Origin: Pseudoxanthobacter sp. M-2
GTDB taxonomy: Bacteria > Pseudomonadota > Alphaproteobacteria > Rhizobiales > Segnochrobactraceae
DNA length: 40,000 nucleotides
Reading direction: 5' to 3'
Assembly: GCF_046156265.1 (NCBI RefSeq)
Contig: NZ_JAWDIR010000046.1
Coordinates: 91,358 to 131,357, forward strand
Made by a program: the position numbers and the translations under genes. The notes beneath the pieces were generated by a model. It saw only the letters and a program-made list of their open reading frames with translations. It was not told the origin of the DNA and did not search any database. Every line of letters begins with the position of its first letter. Positions within the stretch are counted from its first letter, which is position 1. This document shows positions 17,936-26,139 of the stretch, piece after piece.

Positions 17936-18316
17936 ATGAAACGCTTCCTCGCCGTCCTCATCTTCGGACCGCTGGCGATCCTGCTGGTCGTTCTCGCCGT
18001 GGCGAACCGGGCGCCGGTGCGCCTGTCCATCGACCCGTTCAACCCCGGCTCCGACGCGCTCTCGGTCGACCTGCCGCTGTTCTTCGTCGCCTTCGGTGCG
18101 CTCGCGATCGGTGTCATCCTCGGCGGCGTCGCGGTGTGGCTGAACCAGGGCCGCTATCGCCGCTCCGCCCGCCGCGAGCACAATGATGCCGTGCGCTGGC
18201 AGCGCCAGGCCGAGCGTGCCGAGGCGCGCGCCGCCGCGGCGCCGGCATCCACACCCGCCGGGCCGGCGCTGCCGGCTCCTGCCGGGCCGCCCGCCCTCGG
18301 CCGCCGCGCCGCCTGA
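17936..18316 (+). CDS. LapA/DUF1049-like inner-membrane protein
   Basis: MKRFLAVLIFGPLAILLVVLAVANRAPVRLSIDPF plus a second transmembrane segment and a basic/Ala-rich tail. This is the usual position downstream of ihfB. Start chosen at the ATG 17936, after GGAGAG at 17920-17925. Confidence 0.7.
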   Translation: MKRFLAVLIFGPLAILLVVLAVANRAPVRLSIDPFNPGSDALSVDLPLFFVAFGALAIGVILGGVAVWLNQGRYRRSARREHNDAVRWQRQAERAEARAAAAPASTPAGPALPAPAGPPALGRRAA

Positions 18317-18327
18317 CCGGCCCGCGC

Positions 18328-19278
18328 GTGCGCTTCTTCACCGCCGCGGATCTAGACCGCCTGATCCCGCCCACCGTTCTGGTGGAGGCGCTCGCCGATG
18401 CGTTCCGCTCCGGCGCCGTTTCACCCGAGCGTCATCATCACGCCGTCGAGCGTCCCGGCGCCGCCACCGCGACGCTGCTGCTGATGCCGGCCTGGCGCTA
18501 CGGTGACAGCGCCGAGGACGGCGTCATCGGCGTCAAGGTGGTCACCGTCGTCCCCGACAATGCGAGCCGCGGCCGACCCGCCGTCGCCGGGACCTACATG
18601 CTGATGTCGGGTGCCACCGGCGAGCCGATCGCGCAGTTCGATGGCCTCGCCCTGACCGTGCGGCGCACCGCCGCCGCCTCGGCGCTCGCCGCGAGCCATC
18701 TCGCCCGCGCCGACGCCTATCGCATGGTGATGGTCGGCGCCGGCGCGCTCGCGCCTTTCCTGATCGCCGCCCACGCCAGCGTCCGCCCGATCGCCGAGGT
18801 TGCAATCTGGAACCGCTCGCCGGCGGCGGCTGAGGCGCTGGTGGGGCGCTTCCACCGGCCCGGTCTCACCGTGCAGGCCGTCACCGATCTCGAGGCGGCG
18901 GTGCGCGAGGCCGACCTCGTCTCCTGCGCCACCCTCTCCACCGCACCGCTGGTGCGGGGCGACTGGCTGAAGCCGGGCGTCCACCTCGACCTCGTCGGCG
19001 GTTTCCGCCCCGACATGCGCGAGGCCGACGACGCCGCCGTGGCGCGGGCGACGGTGTTCGTCGACACCCGCGCCGGGGCGCTCGCCGAGGCGGGCGACCT
19101 GTTGCAGCCGATCGAGCGGGGCGTGTTCCGGCACGAAGACATCGCCGCCGAGCTCGCGGAGCTCTGCGGCGGTGGCCACCCGGGCCGGCGTCACGCCGAA
19201 GAGGTGACGCTGTTCAAGTCCGTCGGTGCGGCGATCGAGGACCTCGCTGCTGCCGAGGCGGCGCTCGCCGCGGCCTGA
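18328..19278 (+). CDS. Ornithine cyclodeaminase / mu-crystallin family NAD(P)-binding protein
   Basis: GVKVVTVVPDN, LTVRRTAAASALAA, Rossmann segment MVGAGALAP, and C-terminal LFKSVGAAIEDLAAA are typical of the OCD/mu-crystallin family. GTG start. Confidence 0.8.
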   Translation: MRFFTAADLDRLIPPTVLVEALADAFRSGAVSPERHHHAVERPGAATATLLLMPAWRYGDSAEDGVIGVKVVTVVPDNASRGRPAVAGTYMLMSGATGEPIAQFDGLALTVRRTAAASALAASHLARADAYRMVMVGAGALAPFLIAAHASVRPIAEVAIWNRSPAAAEALVGRFHRPGLTVQAVTDLEAAVREADLVSCATLSTAPLVRGDWLKPGVHLDLVGGFRPDMREADDAAVARATVFVDTRAGALAEAGDLLQPIERGVFRHEDIAAELAELCGGGHPGRRHAEEVTLFKSVGAAIEDLAAAEAALAAA

Positions 19279-19300
19279 GCGGCCGGGCGGCGCCGCCGCT

Positions 19301-20137
19301 TCAGCCGCCGAGCCGCTCGGCGAACAGCGTCGCCACCACCAGATCAGCCGTCGTGCCGGGATTGAGGCCGCGTCGCTTCAGGTCGGTGTCGAAGGCGAGC
19401 AGGCCGACCTCGTGCGGCCGCGGATCGCGCCCGATCACCCGCAGTATGTCTGCCGCCTCCGCCCTCAGCGCCTCCGCCGCCGCCGTACCGTGCTTGCGGG
19501 CGACGTGGGTGTCGGGGATCGCCGCGAGCAGGCCGAGATGCAGGAGCGTCGTCGCCGCCGCCCGGTCGCGCAGGACGGTGACGGCGGTGCGGAACAACGG
19601 CAGGGCGGTGGAGAACACGTCGGCGAAGCCGGTGACGTACTGGTGGGCGATGCGGTCGCGCGGCGCCGCCACCGCCATTGCGGCGCGCAGGTCGATGGTC
19701 GCGGCATCTGCAACGTCGTAGCCGGGCACCTCGCCGAGGCCGGCCGGGGCGGCGAGCCGGATCGCCCGGAAGGCCGCGTCGGCATCGTCGACCGTCAGGG
19801 CGGCGAGCACCGCCTTCAGCCGCTCGCGCAGCAGGCCGGGGCCTTCCGCCGCGGCGGCGAGCGGCGCGCACAGCAGCACGATGCCGAGGTTGGTGTTGGT
19901 GCCGACGGCCGCCCGGGTCGCCTCGACGGCGGCGAGGATGCGGGTCCCGACCGAGGTGCCCGCAGTTGCGAGTACCGGTGCTGCCGCCTGGGCCGAGGCC
20001 TCGAAGTCGGCCACGGTCATGCGGTGGCCGTCTGCGAAGCGGTGGACGTTGCCGGGCTTCAGCGCCGCGAGTTCGTCCTCGCAGGCCGCGACGAAGGCGG
20101 CGGCGATGATCTCCGGGGCGAGGGCGGGACGGCGCAT
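19301..20137 (-). CDS. Triphosphoribosyl-dephospho-CoA synthase (CitG/MdcB)-like protein of the H4MPT-linked C1 cluster
   Basis: Motifs LKPGNVHRF, GTNTNLGIVLLCAPLA and LNPGTTADLVVATLF match the CitG family. Start chosen at the ATG 20137, 10 nt after the upstream gene's stop. The ORF-track start at 20218 would overlap that gene by 71 nt. Confidence 0.8.
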   Translation of the reverse strand: MRRPALAPEIIAAAFVAACEDELAALKPGNVHRFADGHRMTVADFEASAQAAAPVLATAGTSVGTRILAAVEATRAAVGTNTNLGIVLLCAPLAAAAEGPGLLRERLKAVLAALTVDDADAAFRAIRLAAPAGLGEVPGYDVADAATIDLRAAMAVAAPRDRIAHQYVTGFADVFSTALPLFRTAVTVLRDRAAATTLLHLGLLAAIPDTHVARKHGTAAAEALRAEAADILRVIGRDPRPHEVGLLAFDTDLKRRGLNPGTTADLVVATLFAERLGG

Positions 20138-20147
20138 CGGCGTGGGC

Positions 20148-21089
20148 TCACGGGCCGACGGCGCGCAGCGGTGCGCGACCGAGGCCGGTGCGGGCGGCGA
20201 CGTCGGCGAGGAACGCATCCACCATCGCCCCGGTGAGGTCGAAGCCGGTGACGGTCTGCAGGCCCGACCAGGCCGGCATGGAATTCACCTCGAGCACCAG
20301 ATAGCCGCCCGCGCCGTCGGCGATGAGATCGACGCCGGCATAGTCGGCGCCGACCGCGGCGGCGGCGGCGACCGCCAGGCGCTCCGCCTCGGCGTCGGGC
20401 GCCCACCCTTCGGCCCTGGCACCCTGCTTGATGTTGGTGATCCAGCCGGTGCCGCGGCGGATCATGCCGGCGAGCGAGCGGCCGCCGGCGACGAGGACGC
20501 GGTGGTCGTGGAAGCCTGCCGTGCCGGACGCCGGCCCGATGAAGCGCTGCAGATAGTAGACGCCGGAGACTGCCTCCGGCGGAGGCAGGTCGTCGGCCCC
20601 GGTCACGAGCCGGAGCGCCTTGCCCTGCGAGCCGAACAGCGGCTTCAGCACCAGCGGCCGGTCCGCCGTCGCCTCCGCCGCCACCAGCGCGCTCGCCGCT
20701 TCGTGGGACTCGAGCGCCCAGGTGGCAGGCGTCGGCAGGCCGGAACGCTGCAGGCGCCAGGTGGTCTGGGCCTTGTCGACACACGCCTCGATCGCCCGCG
20801 GCGCGTTCCACACTGGAACGCCCGCGGTGGCGAGCGCGTGCAGCAGCCCGAGGCGCAGCGTCACCGCCTCGAAGCTGCCGGCGTCGATGGTGCGCACGAA
20901 CACGGCGTCCGGAAGCCGATCCGGGAAGCCGGGGATGTCGAGGCCGGCGGGATGATTGGTCGAGAAGCGGCAGCGCGTCAGCGACGTGCGCGTCACCGCG
21001 GCGCCGGCGGCGCGCAGCGCCAGCACGAGCCGGCGGGCGTGCCAGTCGGCCCCCGAGATGAACAGTGCGACGTCCGGCCCGGTGCCCAT
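20148..21089 (-). CDS. RimK-type ATP-grasp ligase (alpha-L-glutamate ligase-like) of the H4MPT/methylofuran cluster
   Basis: DVALFISGADWHARRL..., PLVLKPLFGSQGKALRLV, YYLQRFI, and GADYAGVDLIADGAGGYLVLEVNSMPAW show RimK-family ATP-grasp architecture. The start lies 2 nt after the mch stop. Confidence 0.8.
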   Translation of the reverse strand: MGTGPDVALFISGADWHARRLVLALRAAGAAVTRTSLTRCRFSTNHPAGLDIPGFPDRLPDAVFVRTIDAGSFEAVTLRLGLLHALATAGVPVWNAPRAIEACVDKAQTTWRLQRSGLPTPATWALESHEAASALVAAEATADRPLVLKPLFGSQGKALRLVTGADDLPPPEAVSGVYYLQRFIGPASGTAGFHDHRVLVAGGRSLAGMIRRGTGWITNIKQGARAEGWAPDAEAERLAVAAAAAVGADYAGVDLIADGAGGYLVLEVNSMPAWSGLQTVTGFDLTGAMVDAFLADVAARTGLGRAPLRAVGP

Positions 21090-21091
21090 CG

Positions 21092-22093
21092 TCAGCCGAA
21101 GGAGGCGTCGAGAAGGGCGAGGTCGATCGCGCCGGCGTGGTGGCTGACGCCGCTGTCGAGGTTGGTCACGATCACCGAGGCCGGGCTGAACAGCATCGGG
21201 TCGATCTTGTAGAAATCGCCGCCGAAGCGCTTGAAGATCTCGGCGAAGGGCGCGCCGTAGTCGCTCGCCGTCCGGCTCGGCAGGCGGGCGGCGAGGTCGG
21301 CCGCCGCCACGTCGTCACCGGTGACGAAGAGCTGCACGCGGCCGCCATAGATGATGGCGTCGTTGGTGCGCCCCATCGCGGCGACGAAGTCCGGCACCGG
21401 CGGCGCCATCGGCGCCGAGGCGATCCCGTCGACGATCCGCTCCAGCGGGAAGTGCAGCGTGTGGGCCTTGTGGAGCGCCACCTCGAGCACCCGCGCCACC
21501 ACCTGCACGGAGCCCGCGAGGCTCTGGGTGGGGGCGTAGAGGAAGGTCAGCCGGTCCGGCGTCAGGCCCGTCTCGGCAGCGATCTTCTCGACCAGCGGCG
21601 GCGGCGGCGGGGCGTCGGACTCCAGCACCAGCACGGCACGATCGGAGTCGTCGCGGTAGCCGAGCTCGGCGAAGAGGTCCTCCACCGCGGCACGGGCGCG
21701 GCCGGGGCCGGAGCCGAGGACGAAGTAGTTCTCGTGCGACAGGCTCCAGCCGGCATACTGGCTGCCGAGGCAGGCCAGCACAGGATCGAAGGTGCGCACC
21801 GTCAGGGTGAACGGCCAGCGCGGCGTCGCCGAGGAGCTTTCGACCGTGACGCGGCCGAGCCCGCCGAGGCAGATCTCGGCGAGGCGGAGGCCGGCCTCGA
21901 TGCCGCCCGGGGCTTTCGCGCCGGCGTCGATCAGCGTCTCGCCGAGCAAACCCCTGGAGACCGCGACGCGCAGCCGCGCGGCGTCGGCGACGAGCGTGGC
22001 GACCAGCGGCGCGACGCTCTCTCCGACGCTCGGCCGGTCGCCGCGCCCGCTCGGACGCGGTCGGCTCTCGGCCCCTTCATGCGCTTCTGCCAC
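21092..22093 (-). CDS. mch: Methenyl-tetrahydromethanopterin cyclohydrolase
   Basis: [67 protein letters not shown], and [10 protein letters not shown] closely resemble Mch of Methylobacterium extorquens as I recall it. Confidence 0.9.
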   Translation of the reverse strand: MAEAHEGAESRPRPSGRGDRPSVGESVAPLVATLVADAARLRVAVSRGLLGETLIDAGAKAPGGIEAGLRLAEICLGGLGRVTVESSSATPRWPFTLTVRTFDPVLACLGSQYAGWSLSHENYFVLGSGPGRARAAVEDLFAELGYRDDSDRAVLVLESDAPPPPPLVEKIAAETGLTPDRLTFLYAPTQSLAGSVQVVARVLEVALHKAHTLHFPLERIVDGIASAPMAPPVPDFVAAMGRTNDAIIYGGRVQLFVTGDDVAAADLAARLPSRTASDYGAPFAEIFKRFGGDFYKIDPMLFSPASVIVTNLDSGVSHHAGAIDLALLDASFG

Positions 22094-22134
22094 GGTCGTC
22101 TCCCTCGAGTGTCTCGTTGTTCTTCTAGGGCGCT

Positions 22135-23322
22135 CTAGTGCTTGGTCTTTTCGCCGAACGCCAACGTCATGGCGGAGCGGGCGCGGAGTTCAAGAAGGGT
22201 GGTGCGTGCGCCGGCGTCGTCGCCCTCCGCCCGCACGGTGCAGATCGGTGCGCCGGCCGGGATGGCCGTGCCGGGAAGCGGGCGGTCGGCAACCCAGTCG
22301 GGCCAGTCGGCGGCGACGGTGACGCCGTCCGCCGGCGCGTAGACGAGGGCGGTGGCGGCCGTCGTCGCGGGCGGTGTCCAGGCGGGCGCCGCGGGTGTCG
22401 CCGATCCCTCACCGGTCGCGGATGTCGCCTCGCACGCCGCGATGTGCAGCGCCATCAGCGGCGGCATACCGCGGTCGAGCACGTCCAGCGCCACGGTCGG
22501 GCGGGGGTTCACCTCGATCAGCCACCAGCGCGCGCCGTCGACGACGAGGTCGAGGCCGACCAGGCCACGCAGGCCTGCGGTCCGCGCCAGCCGATCGGCG
22601 GCGGCGGTGATCTCTGCGGCAAGGGTGGTGGCGACGGCGACGGGGCCGGCGAGGCCGCCGAAACGGTAGGGCGCTGCTGGCGTCGGGGCGAAGGCGGCGG
22701 CGCAGACGCCGATGAGGCGAGCACCAACACGGTCGCAGAGGATCGTCGCCGACATCGACCGGCCGTCGACGCGACGCTGCCAGTAATGGCCGTCGGCAAA
22801 GCCGGTTGCCGCCACTACCGTCGCTGGCACGACGTGCGCCCCGCCGCTGCCGCCGGCGCGTTTGACGACCCAGCCGTTGGGGTCCGCCGGCGACGTCGCG
22901 GCGATCTCCGGGTGCGGGATCGACAGGTCAGCGCAGAGGGTGGCGAGACGGCCCGGGTTCTTCACCGCCGCAACCGCATCCGGCGGGCAGCCGAGGAGGG
23001 GCCAGCGCTCGCCGAGTGCCGCCAGCGCGTCCGGCCGGTGCTCGAAGCCCGAGCCGACGACGACGCCGGCCGGTTCGCCGTGCGCGGCAGCGAGGCGCTC
23101 GCCGGCGGCGATCACGGCGGCGAGGTCCGGCCCGTCGTCGAGCGAGCCCGGCACCACGGCGTGCGCGGTCGCAGCGGCGCGCGTGTCCGCGTCGCCGAAC
23201 AGGTCGACGGCGATGACGGGGCGGCCGCTTCGGACGACGGCCTCGGTCAGGGCGCGGGCGGACACGGCGACGACCAGGATCGGCCCGTCAGCCGACGATC
23301 TCGCGGGCGAGCGCGAAGGCAT
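22135..23322 (-). CDS. ATP-grasp superfamily protein (archaeal-type predicted carboligase) of the H4MPT/methylofuran cluster
   Basis: N-terminal [47 protein letters not shown], and [11 protein letters not shown] (ATP-grasp C-terminal motif). It sits between mtdB and mch. The only in-frame start codon (23322) overlaps the mtdB 3' end by 35 nt. Confidence 0.75.
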   Translation of the reverse strand: MPSRSPARSSADGPILVVAVSARALTEAVVRSGRPVIAVDLFGDADTRAAATAHAVVPGSLDDGPDLAAVIAAGERLAAAHGEPAGVVVGSGFEHRPDALAALGERWPLLGCPPDAVAAVKNPGRLATLCADLSIPHPEIAATSPADPNGWVVKRAGGSGGAHVVPATVVAATGFADGHYWQRRVDGRSMSATILCDRVGARLIGVCAAAFAPTPAAPYRFGGLAGPVAVATTLAAEITAAADRLARTAGLRGLVGLDLVVDGARWWLIEVNPRPTVALDVLDRGMPPLMALHIAACEATSATGEGSATPAAPAWTPPATTAATALVYAPADGVTVAADWPDWVADRPLPGTAIPAGAPICTVRAEGDDAGARTTLLELRARSAMTLAFGEKTKH

Positions 23323-24184
23323 CGCGGAAGTCCAGGTTGAGCACCTCGTCGGACGCGATCATGCGCTTGAACAGGCCGGATTCGGTCTTGTACTTGACGT
23401 CGCCGATGGCGAGCGGCCCGACGCCGACGGCCTTCGAGCCTGGGATCGGCGCGCCGCGCGCGTCGATGGCGAGACCCTCGATGCCGGCTGGCGGCACGGC
23501 GTTGACGTCGGCTGCGACGAGCAGGTTCGGCGCGGCGGCGAGATCGGCGGCCGATAGCACCTGCACGCCGGCGGCGGCGGCGCAGAACACCACGTCGGCC
23601 TCGGCGACCACGGCGCGTTTCTTCTCGGCGCTCGATCCGTCGGCGCCGCGCGCGGGCGCGCCGAAGCGGATCTTGATCTCGTCGGCGAGGCGGCCGACGC
23701 GGGTCGGGCCGTCGTAGCCGACGAGCGTCACGTCGGCGCCCTCGAGCGCGGCGATGACGCCCGACGAGGTGCCGACGACGCCGGTCGCCCCGAAGATCGC
23801 GATCTTGGCGCCCTTCAGGCTGCGGCCGTGGCGGCTCTTCAGCTCCGCCTCGACGATCGCCACCATCGCGGCCGCCGTGGTGAAGGAGCCGGCCGGGTCG
23901 GCGAAGATCGACAGCTGGAACGGCCCGACCATCGCCTCCTGGGCGGCCTCCGCCATGTCGAGGGCGAGGCTGGCGTTCTTGCCGGCGATGAACAGGCCGG
24001 TGCGGGAGGCGTCGGACGGCGAGCGCGAGAAGATCGCGTCCTGGACGAGGCCGCGCACCTCCTCGAGCGTCACCTGGGTGTAGGGGATGACCGCGTCGAA
24101 GCCGGCATCGAGCGCCATGTTCACGTCGAACGGGCTCATGTGCTTCAAGGGCGTGATCATGTGAAGGATGTGGGGATTGCCCAT
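23288..24184 (-). CDS. mtdB: NAD(P)-dependent methylene-tetrahydromethanopterin dehydrogenase
   Basis: ILHMITPLKHMSPFDVNMALDAGFDAVIPYTQVTLEEVRGLVQDAIFSR and FADPAGSFTTAAAMVA match the MtdB branch rather than MtdA, by comparison with the M. extorquens sequences as I remember them. Confidence 0.85.
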   Translation of the reverse strand: MGNPHILHMITPLKHMSPFDVNMALDAGFDAVIPYTQVTLEEVRGLVQDAIFSRSPSDASRTGLFIAGKNASLALDMAEAAQEAMVGPFQLSIFADPAGSFTTAAAMVAIVEAELKSRHGRSLKGAKIAIFGATGVVGTSSGVIAALEGADVTLVGYDGPTRVGRLADEIKIRFGAPARGADGSSAEKKRAVVAEADVVFCAAAAGVQVLSAADLAAAPNLLVAADVNAVPPAGIEGLAIDARGAPIPGSKAVGVGPLAIGDVKYKTESGLFKRMIASDEVLNLDFRDAFALAREIVG

Positions 24185-24355
24185 CGAACGCCTCCCGTCG
24201 GCCGAACGATTGGACCCGCGCGTGCGAGCCCAGCGCTGCTGGTGATTTTCTGGTTGCGACAGGCGGTCCGGCCGAAATCGGCCGCGCCGCTCGCCTGTCG
24301 GCCGCCGGCTGCACGCCGGCGGTGGTGCGGTTTCGAAGGTGGAGCCGGGGAGGCC

Positions 24356-25441
24356 CTACCGGACGGTGATGCGTGCGCCGGTATTGCGGCCGCGCACCAC
24401 CGCGAACGAAAGCTGAGGCCGATGTGCGTAACGGCCCCGCGCCGTCTCCGCAAGTCGTTCGGCCGCCGCGGCGTCTGGGACGAGGCAGAATCCCGTCGGT
24501 CCCCACGAGGTCTGGCCGAGGCCGGCGTGACCCTCGCGGCCGAGCCAGGCGAGGACCTCGGCGACGTCGGCGCTGGCGAAGCGGCCGCCGCCCTGGGCGG
24601 GGGCGAAGTGGTCGCCGACGCGCGCCTGCAGTTCGCCGATGACGGCGGCGAAAGCGGGGAAGTCCTCCTCCGCGAGGGCGGGAAGGGCGCGCACCAGCAC
24701 CAGACGGCAGAGCGCCGCGCTCGCTTCCTCGGGGAAGGGCGGCAGCGTCGCGAAGGCGGCACGCTCCTCCTCGCCGTGCACGCCGACGCGGGCGCCGTCG
24801 AAGATCAGCAGAACGCGCCAGTCGTCCGGGAAGGGGAGCCGCGAGATGATCGGCGGCACCTCGGTGGCGGGGCCTCGGCCGCCGTCCAGCACGACGCCGC
24901 CGGCGCGGAAGGCGGCGAAGCCGATCGCCGAGCGCTCGGCGCGGCCGAGCTCGCGGGCGAGATGGGTCGCCTCGGCGGCCGGAGCCTCGAGCGCCGCATA
25001 GGCGGCGGCCACCGCGAGCGCGAGCTGCGTGCCGGAGCCGAGTCCCGCGTGCGGCGGAATGGCGCGCTCGATCGTCAGGCGGAAGCCTGAGCGGGCGCCG
25101 TGCTCGGCAACGAGGCGGGCGAGATGGTCGCGGGCGCGCAGGCTTTCCGGCCCCTCGGCGCTCAGTGTCCCGTCGGGGGCGCGGGCGAGCGACAGCACGG
25201 TCGCGGGCGAGTCCACCGCCATGCCGAGCCCGACGAAGCGGCGGCCGAGCGAGAAGTTGAGGTCGAGGAAGCCGAAATGCAGCCGCGCCGGCGCGCTGAC
25301 GCGGGCGGTGGTGGCACGCCTGGCGGCGCGGTCGGTGAGGTCCGGTACGAAGCCGCGCGCGAGCCGGCGCAGCAGCGCCATCGGGTCGGATTCGGTGGCG
25401 TCCGGCGCCGCGTCGGCGGCCGGGGCGGCGATGTCGTCCAT
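24356..25441 (-). CDS. mptG: Beta-ribofuranosylaminobenzene 5'-phosphate (beta-RFAP) synthase, first committed step of methanopterin biosynthesis
   Basis: VSAPARLHFGFLDL and IPPHAGLGSGTQLALAVAAA (GHMP-kinase-like P-loop) are characteristic of MptG. The N-terminal ~45 aa is low complexity, so the start may be the internal Met. Confidence 0.82.
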   Translation of the reverse strand: MDDIAAPAADAAPDATESDPMALLRRLARGFVPDLTDRAARRATTARVSAPARLHFGFLDLNFSLGRRFVGLGMAVDSPATVLSLARAPDGTLSAEGPESLRARDHLARLVAEHGARSGFRLTIERAIPPHAGLGSGTQLALAVAAAYAALEAPAAEATHLARELGRAERSAIGFAAFRAGGVVLDGGRGPATEVPPIISRLPFPDDWRVLLIFDGARVGVHGEEERAAFATLPPFPEEASAALCRLVLVRALPALAEEDFPAFAAVIGELQARVGDHFAPAQGGGRFASADVAEVLAWLGREGHAGLGQTSWGPTGFCLVPDAAAAERLAETARGRYAHRPQLSFAVVRGRNTGARITVR

Positions 25442-25673
25442 GGGTGTCGTCGACCTCGCTCCGCCGTCGGTGCTCGCCTCGACCCGACGTCGCGGCCCGG
25501 GATCACCCTAGACGGCTTGCGACGAACGACTAAGATCGGCCGGCAACAATGCCCGTCCGCGGGCGCCACGAGTGTGGCAAAGCCGCGGGCGCGAGGCAAA
25601 TCACGGCCGCCGGGCGTTTGGGAGCGTCCGTCGTCCGTGCAGCCGGCGCCAGGCCGAGGGAGGATGGATCGCG

Positions 25674-26057
25674 ATGTCCGACGCGAGGAAAGAACGCGTC
25701 TACACGCCGGAGGAGGTGACGGCGAAGCTCGCCGCCGAGCTGCCGCAGTGGCGCTTCGAGGACGGCTGGATCCGCCGCACCTACAAGACCGCCTCGTGGA
25801 AGGGGACGCTGATGGTGATCAACACCGTCGGCCACCTCGCCGAGGCCGCCTGGCACCATCCCGACCTCACCGCGTCCTATGCGTGGGTGGAGGTGCGGCT
25901 GCAGACCCACTCGGCCAAGGGCATCACCGACAAGGATTTCGCGCTCGCGAAGAAGATCGAGGAGGTGGTGCAGTGGCAGCCCGGCACCGAGGGATCGGGC
26001 CTCGAGGGCACCCCGCAGGGCGACCTCCGCTTCGCCTACGTCAAGTACGACACATGA
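25674..26057 (+). CDS. Pterin-4a-carbinolamine dehydratase (PCD/DCoH)-like protein
   Basis: GAGGGAGGA SD precedes the ATG at 25674. LPQWRFEDGWIRRTYKT...LMVINTVGHLAEAAWHHPDLTASYAWVEVRLQTHSAKGITDKDFALAKKIE shows the PCD fold signature (HHPD). About 30 extra residues follow at the C-terminus. The track ORF from 25572 is an extension. Confidence 0.8.
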   Translation: MSDARKERVYTPEEVTAKLAAELPQWRFEDGWIRRTYKTASWKGTLMVINTVGHLAEAAWHHPDLTASYAWVEVRLQTHSAKGITDKDFALAKKIEEVVQWQPGTEGSGLEGTPQGDLRFAYVKYDT

Positions 26058-26139
26058 CCGGCCTCCGAGATGCGGGCGCGGGCGCCCGGCCACGGGCGCC
26101 CCACCGCTGCGCGTGCACCGCGGGGAGCCCGCGCCTGCC

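Noticed and set aside
24302-24322. Hairpin CCGCCGGC-TGCAC-GCCGGCGG just downstream (minus strand) of mptG, plus a similar one at 35474-35493 after the 4-Cys secreted protein, considered as intrinsic terminators
   Set aside because: The stems are short and no U-tract follows on the relevant strand. GC-rich DNA yields many such palindromes by chance, so they were not listed as features.
19881-25090. Series of long plus-strand ORFs (19881-21212, 21065-22138, 22138-23340, 23828-25090) and an off-frame minus ORF (23247-24506) over the mtdB-mch operon
   Set aside because: All are antisense or off-frame relative to mch, mtdB, mptG and the ATP-grasp genes, which carry specific conserved motifs. The translations are Arg/Gly/Asp-rich without motifs.
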